The position numbers and the translations under genes were made by a program. From Paramoeba atlantica (Eukaryota; Protista; Discosea), in the NCBI GenBank assembly GCA_977017575.1, contig CDRNVI010000157.1, positions 22,748 to 86,747 of the forward strand: DNA of 64,000 bases, written 5' to 3'. Below are positions 57,350 through 64,000 of the stretch, piece by piece. How positions within the stretch are numbered: position 1 is the first letter of the stretch; each line of letters begins with the position of its first letter. The notes beneath the pieces are model-generated. The model had not been told where the DNA came from. It did no database searches and was given only the letters and a program-made list of their open reading frames with translations.

Positions 57350-58330
57350 AAATGAACAGCAATACTCCGTCACACCGTGAAAGCGAACACATTTCCTTAC
57401 GTTTCGAGGTAGCATTTGAGGCTGAAGCATCACGTGAATTAAACACTGCACCGGAAACGTGGCACAATGCTGAGGTCAGGCCAGTATGCACAGGTTGCCC
57501 TGGGTTCTCTTGCGTCCGATACTGGCGAAGTCTCGGGGAGATCGCGCAAGGGGAGAACGCAGTACACTGTGGAGAGCCACGGCCTTTTGCGTCTTCCCGC
57601 TTGATGTGGCCATAGAATTTTGTACATGGAGGATGTGCCCGGAAAAAGCCACGTGTCGGTTTGTACTTTCGAGGTAATGGAGAGCCGAATCGATTAAAAT
57701 TTAGTCATTAAATGTTCGAAGTACGAACCATACATCAGCGCCCGGACCCATTTAACACCCGGAAATCTCTTACCTCTGCGAGGGGATATAAATAACAATT
57801 TGTGTATGGGTCAAATCGCAAAGGAATCATGGAATACGGCGCAAGACAGTTGAAAAGATACTAAGCCATTTGGGTAATGCGGCTCTTTTCCAAGAAGAAA
57901 CGAGTACGTACAATTTTTCAAAGGTGCAAGCAGACGAGACCTTTATTGGCACAAGGAAATATCATCGGGGGAAACGGACCCGTAAATTTGGATGGTGGTT
58001 CGCCCCTGTGACGGAAGTAAAAGGTCACGACATGGGGCGCACCCACTGGAAACTAGCCAAGTGTCGCGACGCTAAAAATTTCATTCCCCCACACCTCACA
58101 AGTGCAGAGGAACGTTGCGCCCCAGTGTGTTAAGTTTGGCGAGGTACACAGCAACCGAGAGCAATCTTGGCAGACAAGATTTGTGAACGTGATGGATTGC
58201 GTTGTTCAATGGATGTACTGCAGAAGTGTATGGTTTTGCCTGCCACCATTTGCCACCGTCTGCCACTATTTTGCAAAATTTATGCTTTTGTTCATGAGTC
58301 TAAATCAGTTGCTTTACAAATTTCCTCAAT
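57350..58330 (+). pseudogene. Merlin/ISXO2-like transposase remnant
   Basis: VQADETFIGTRKYHRGKR motif with upstream Cys pairs (CTGC, CPEKATC); many disruptions. Confidence 0.7.
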
Positions 58331-58348
58331 CATACTTCAATCAATATA

Positions 58349-58540
58349 CAGGGGTGGGCACGAAAATGTGGGGGGGGAGTCAAATTCGTAGCACGTGGCC
58401 AATTTTGGAAAATAACACCACATTGGAGAGCTCTCGCAGAGTTACGTGTCATGTGATAATGCGTTTCCCGTATCCAGGGGGTAGGTCTCTATGCCAAAGG
58501 GGGTAAAAGTGACGACTGCAACTTCAAAAAATGTTAAAAA
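58349..58540. mobile_element. Solo terminal segment of the 59139-60710 Tc1 family
   Basis: TA|CAGGGGTGGGCACGAAAATGTGGGG... matches 59139-59330. Confidence 0.8.
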
Positions 58541-59138
58541 ACTACGGGTACGGGGGGTGAAAAATACGCGCCAAGACCCCGGCTACCCCTTCTGCGCTTT
58601 TTTCCTAAGCATACAATATGTATATGCGTACAAACCGCATTATCAAATTCAAAAAATGAACCTGAATATTGAATTTTAGACCTTCAACCGGCTTAATAGA
58701 CCAAAAAACAAACCGCTGTTTCGCGCTGTTTCACAAATCTAACCCGCAGCCCCTCACATATTGTATGCTTAGGAATAGCATGTATGAGATTGATAACCTC
58801 GATAAATGATATTTTCTTGACACTTCCCTGTTCATATATCTTTCTTTCGCCTTTTATTGATGTACGGAATAACACATCAACAGGTTAATCAAGTATTTTC
58901 TGAGTTATAGCGCGTTCACGGCCCGTACGTGTAGGAGAAACAGACATTCTGTGCAATATTATCACACAAGCTTAATATTCAACGCGAATACACGCAGGTA
59001 TCGATTCAAATACTTCCTTATACATTCGAGGGGCTGCGGGTGGGTGTGTGAAACCGCACCGAAACCGCGGTTTCTTTTAGTAATTAGTCTTGGGGCACTT
59101 TGCGGTGGCACTTCGATTCATTTTATAGATACTACATA

Positions 59139-60710
59139 CAGGGGGTGGCACGAAAATATGGGGGGGTCAAATTTTTTCTAACTTGTCCAATTTTGGAAAG
59201 TAGCACCGCATTCGAGAGCTCTCGTAGAGATACGTGTCACCTGATATTGCGTTTCCCGTATACAGGGGGGTAGGTCCCTATGCCAAAGGGGCTGAAAACA
59301 GCAATTGCAAGTTTGAAATTTTGAAAAATGTGTCATTTAATATCCATAGTGACCTCCATTTTTTTGGAATGTAATCTTAATACGAGTTGGAACAGTCTTC
59401 AAAGTGTTTAAAAATGTTTTGTTCTGTTCTCCTTTCAACAATTCAATCCCAGATGCGATCGCCAATCGCAATTCTGACCGATTTGTGGGGCATAATGAGC
59501 TTTTGTGGGCATCAATTATCCCCCAAATATTTTCTATGGGAGTCAAATCGGGGGACTTTGCAGGCCAAGGTAGCACCTTAACGTCGTTATCCTGAAAAAA
59601 ACGACGAGTAGTATTGTGAATGGTGCAATTGTCCATTACAACAACAGCACCAGGGTGTCTTCGTAAATAACTATTGAACTCCCCACGCTTGAGCATGGCC
59701 TCTTTGAAGACTTGCCCATTTACTGAAACTTTGTTGTTGCTACTATCACGGTTAGGAAACTCGTGAACCAAAAAACCGTGTTTTATACTCACACCCATCC
59801 ACATCATTATTCCATCACCCCCCAGCCATTTCTCTCGCTCTCCGGCGTGCTCCTTCACGGGGTCCGTACGGCGACAAAGGTAAGTGGCATTCTTGCTCCC
59901 CCCGCAAGTGAACTTCTTTTCGTCTGTCCATACGATGTTCTCAAGTTCACGGGGAGTCCACTTTTCGAGCTCCTTGCAAAACTCCACCCGCTTGCGTTTG
60001 TGTTCTGGAGTGAGAGAAGGTGTGCGGCGGACGGTGCGACACATGATGCCTTCTTTTCGGAGGGTGCGTGTCAATGAACGCCGAGAGAAAGTGAAACCTT
60101 CCCCCCGAAGGAGAAAAACAAGTTTTTCCCAAGAGGGAATTCCACAAGTCTGGACTTTGACCGCATCATCGATTAGATGTAATGCGCGAGTGATGAGCTC
60201 GGGGGTCATTGTCGGGGATTGGCGGTCTTGATAGGGTGACCTCTCAACATCACCAGTCTCTTGATAGCGACTCACCCAGCGTTTCACAGTGTCTTCGTGA
60301 CAGTCAAATTCTCTCGCAACGGCAGAAAAGGACCCAGTTTCTTCATACTTCTTTACTAAAAGTATGCGGTGGGTGACTTTAAGCTGTCCACGAGGACTGT
60401 AACAATGCCGATCACGGTGCTGTACACCCTTGTTATTTGAATAAGCCCGTTTCTGTGGCATAACGCGGTGTAAAGATAAAAAAATAGAAGGAAAATACCT
60501 AAAATTTCGAAAAAATCGGTGAAATTGAAGAAAATTGCAAGTTCCGAAAACGTATTCTTTCGTCCAAAATAAAAAAAAAATAAAAACGCGGGAAACGCAA
60601 TATCAGGTGACACGTATCTCTGCGAGAGCTCTCGAATGCGGTGCTACTTTCCAAAATTGGGCAAGTTATACGATTTTTGACCCCCCCCCATATTTTCGTG
60701 CCACCCCCTG
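59139..60710 (-). mobile_element. Intact Tc1-like element, 1572 bp, ~120-bp TIRs, TA TSD
   Basis: TA|CAGGGGGTGGCACGAAAATATGGGG ... CCCCATATTTTCGTGCCACCCCCTG|TA. Confidence 0.95.
59337..60461 (-). CDS. Tc1-like transposase, DD32E, 374 aa, intact
   Basis: HTH; VWTDEKKF; VMDNCTIH; WPAKSPDLTPIENIW; 32 residues between D and E. Confidence 0.93.
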   Translation of the reverse strand: MPQKRAYSNNKGVQHRDRHCYSPRGQLKVTHRILLVKKYEETGSFSAVAREFDCHEDTVKRWVSRYQETGDVERSPYQDRQSPTMTPELITRALHLIDDAVKVQTCGIPSWEKLVFLLRGEGFTFSRRSLTRTLRKEGIMCRTVRRTPSLTPEHKRKRVEFCKELEKWTPRELENIVWTDEKKFTCGGSKNATYLCRRTDPVKEHAGEREKWLGGDGIMMWMGVSIKHGFLVHEFPNRDSSNNKVSVNGQVFKEAMLKRGEFNSYLRRHPGAVVVMDNCTIHNTTRRFFQDNDVKVLPWPAKSPDLTPIENIWGIIDAHKSSLCPTNRSELRLAIASGIELLKGEQNKTFLNTLKTVPTRIKITFQKNGGHYGY

Positions 60711-61049
60711 TATAACAAAATAGTAAAGTCTTGCGCGTAATAATCATATTTTTGTTTCGTAATAATTGAACACGTTGGTATACAGCTGTTTATAGATGTT
60801 TACAACTCTTTATCGCATGAACCATTGTGTGTATATAAACTTGCTAATTGGACTGACGAAAGGGACGTCCGCATTTGATTGAGGGGAGGCGGGTGGGAAA
60901 AAAAAGTACACAGGTAAGGGGATATCTGTTCTGGTGTTGTTCATTGGAGGATAAGTCGGGTGTGTGCATCCATGCAATCTCCTCGTTGAGCACGTATCTT
61001 GTAGGCCATGAGAACTGCCAGGATATTATCCCCAACAGCGAGATTCGAA

Positions 61050-61530
61050 TCATCCCCATTTCATAGAATTTCGCGACCGCGCGAGGAAAGCCACTAGGAG
61101 ATCATTTTTTCTATGTTTGTCTTGATGGAAACGAGGGGCATTCCGTTCCGCCGCACCGATACCAAAATAGCGGCGTAGATGCAAATCTAGCTCCACGAAA
61201 CTTCGATCACGTGGATCGGGTGGGCAATCAAATAACATCCCATGGGTCATCAGTTCCAGCGGTTCAAATGTGCCCGTCTCGCGCCCTTCCACTCTCTCCA
61301 TCGCAGCGGAGTACGAATCTCCGGGAAGCTTGTCAACAGCGTGTACACTTGCGTTGGTAGGGGGGAAAATGAGATCTCCGAATTTTCCGTAGTCTACGGT
61401 CATCGTAGTCTCGTCTCCGATCGTTTTCACTGTCCCTTTCCACAATTCTCCCCGGGGAACCTTATCAGAGGACCAGGCCACCGCTATTATGTCCCCGACC
61501 TTACACTCAGCTACGAAAGCGGAGACGGCA
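61050..61530 (-). other. Orphan reading frame with a Tudor/KOW-like beta-barrel pattern (probably a fragment)
   Basis: KVGDIIAVAW..KVPRGELWKGTVKTIGDE..MTVDYGKFG..FPP. Confidence 0.35.
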
Positions 61531-61677
61531 GATCAGTCATAGTGCGATAATTTTTGCCTTGAAATTTACGGCTAGGATTATTTAAAATGTACGTATTTAT
61601 CCAACATTATGTTTATAATACCCCCGTCCACAAAATAAGAACTTCAATTATCGTTCTTGCATGAAAATAACGACTTA

Positions 61678-63153
61678 CTGTACCCCCCCTACTTAATTGT
61701 CATCGCTTTTCGGGAAAAAGGACAATTAAATAGGGGGGGTGCAAAATTTGAAGAAAGTAGGGGAAAAAAAGTTGCGCCGCTTCGCGGCGCACGTTTTGCT
61801 CTCTTCTAAACTATCTAAACTTTACTATCTGCTATCTTTGTTCTTGTGTAAGCGTAAGTCTAACGGAGACACTAACATGCAAACGTAAGCCTGTGATTAC
61901 AGAAACAGTATCGTTATCGTTCGTGGGGTATTGTTTTCCCCCGTTTCGACAGACGCACATGATGTATGTATTTTTAACACCTACAGGTATCGTATTAAAA
62001 ATGTAGACTAGTTTCGTAACGTTGTTAAAGTGTTATTTGAGAGGAGCAATAGGTGTCCAATCCTCACAAAGATCTCTACGGGTTTGGATTAGTCTCCGCA
62101 ATTTTCATATTGCTCAGCCCCTTGGGAGCCAGTGATTTAGAGTGAGACTCATTATCTACGATCAATGAAGTTTCATCCCCAAACAGCACATAGGCATAAT
62201 TTCGAACCGAATTCTGGACGTAAAGGCCCCGTGACCAATTTCGAATCCGTTGTTCTATGTCTGATGGGGTAAAACACCTGGTCTTACCAAGAGTTCGCCA
62301 GGACCAGCCAAAGAAAGATTTAAATTTCTTGTAAATTCGTTCCTTTCCTTTTTCGGACAAATTATCATTAAATGCCCCGTGTTGTTCCATCAGCTGTAGA
62401 ACCATTTCCTTTGTAATGACCTTGTGATTTTCTACATGCTCAAAAAGTTTCTCGTCAACTTTTTGCATGCAGAGTTGCCTCTCACTGTTAAAACCCCTCT
62501 CTCGCTTTTTGTCTTGGCCACCATTATTTTATTTGTTGACCTGTTAATTGCGTATGGCATCGTTTATTGGTGTGAGAAGCAATGGGGAAAATAGTGTTCA
62601 CGATGGGCCCCACTAGAGGATTTTCTAGAGGCCCTACCCGAGGGACAGGAGGCCGTATCGTCACCCAACGCCCCAGAGGACCAGTAACACGTTGTTCATT
62701 CGAGGTCGTTCCCGTGTCTGATGAATGGGGCTCAGATGGAAGGTTACCATTTCCAAGAAGGGGGAGAGATGAAGGGTAATCATCGGGAGCGTTGCGTTTT
62801 CCGGAAGAGAGAAATATGAATGGAAGTCAACGGAAGGGTTACCATTTTCCGGGGGAAGAGATGAAAGGGATTGGCTGGGCGGGTTAGTCATCATACCAGC
62901 CCGCAATCGGCTCCTACCTCGGAGAACCATCAGTGGAAAAGAGTAAAAAATGAGTCAAATATTGTGTAACAAGATGTAATAAGGTGCTCGTAGGACATAC
63001 ACATTACACTAGACATATCACATTACACTAGAAAATGAAAAAATGAAAAAAAAAACCGGCGCCGCTTCGCGGCGCCTCGTGCCCATGGCTCTGTCAAAAA
63101 CGACAATTAAATAGGGGGGGTAGAGGGGTGACAATTAAGTAGGGGGGGTACAG
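61678..63153 (-). mobile_element. pogo-like deletion derivative, 1476 bp, TA TSD, 25-bp TIR
   Basis: TA|CTGTACCCCCCCTACTTAATTGTCA...TGACAATTAAGTAGGGGGGGTACAG|TA; internal fragment 62076-62468 (FGWSWR, YVLFGDET). Confidence 0.85.
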
Positions 63154-63381
63154 TACTTCCTTTGTGCCTCGCACAGTGTTGAAACACCGTGAAACAGCGC
63201 TTTACGACATTCGCAGCCCCTCATGTATATGCGTACAAACCGCATTATCAAATTCAAAAATGAACCTGAATATTGAATTTTAGACCTTCAACCGGCTTAA
63301 TAGACCAAAAAACAAACCGCTGTTGCGCGGTGTTTCGCGCTGTTTCACAAATCTAACCCGCAGCCCCTCATATAACATATT

Positions 63382-63980
63382 GCGGTGATTGTATAACTAC
63401 CGCTCCACACTCGATTATTGAAAAAAAAGTAAACAAAAACAGTGAAAATATAAAGAGGAACACAGTAATATAATAGAAGAAAATAATATAAAAGGGGGCT
63501 CCGGTGGTCCAAAACTGAAAAAGAAAATTCAAAAAATGGGGGTCCAGGGGGGGGGGGGCCAGGGGGGGTATAACTACCGCTCTACACTCGATTATTGCGG
63601 TGGTTGTATAACTACCGCTCTACCCTCGATTATTGCAAAAAAAGTGAACAAAAACAGTGAAAATATAAAGAGGAACACAGTAATATAATAAAGGAAAAAA
63701 ATATAAAAGGGGGCTCCGGTGGTCCAAAACTGAAAAAAAAAATTCAAAAAAATGGGGGGTCCATGGGGGGAGTCTAGGGGGGGGTCTAGGGGGGGTCTAG
63801 GGGGGGGTCTAGGGGGGGTCTAGGGGGGGGTCTAGGGGGGGGGCATACCGCACGAAATTTTTTTGAAAAAATTATTTTTCGAAAAAAAAGCGCAGAAGGG
63901 GTAGCCGGGGTCTCGGCGCACATTTTCCACCCCCCTACCCGGGGGTGACCCCCCCGCGTATCCGCAGGACGGGTCCGCCA
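63382..63980 (+). repeat. Head-to-tail copies of the G-tract element
   Basis: Heads at 63382 and 63597 with a partial head at ~63568; eight G tracts at 63754-63843 separated mostly by TCTA. Confidence 0.9.
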
Positions 63981-64000
63981 AGCATAGCTGTATTTCTAGG

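Overview
This window is AT-rich eukaryotic DNA, most likely from a euglenozoan (kinetoplastid- or diplonemid-like) protist. The evidence is two ~580-bp repeats carrying the kinetoplastid spliced-leader core GATACAGTTTCTGTAC..TTG|GTA, plus host-type genes that are intronless and all on the minus strand. The host content is 13 small leucine-rich-repeat (LRR) genes (10 open, 3 disrupted) and one mitochondrial ADP/ATP carrier preceded by three tandem 5'-partial copies. These sit among densely nested DNA transposons: Tc1-like (DD32E and DD35E), pogo-like, hAT-like with 6-bp target-site duplications (TSD), Merlin/ISXO2-like, GAG...CTC elements with 4-bp TSD, many MITEs and a G-tract repeat family. 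The most striking observation is a whole spliced-leader (SL) gene repeat unit, circularly permuted at about nt 11/12 of the SL exon, which is the known SLACS/CRE/CZAR target site. It is inserted bluntly with no TSD into an LRR gene. A second copy, opened at essentially the same point, lies in a Tc1 3' region. All calls were made by eye without database searches.
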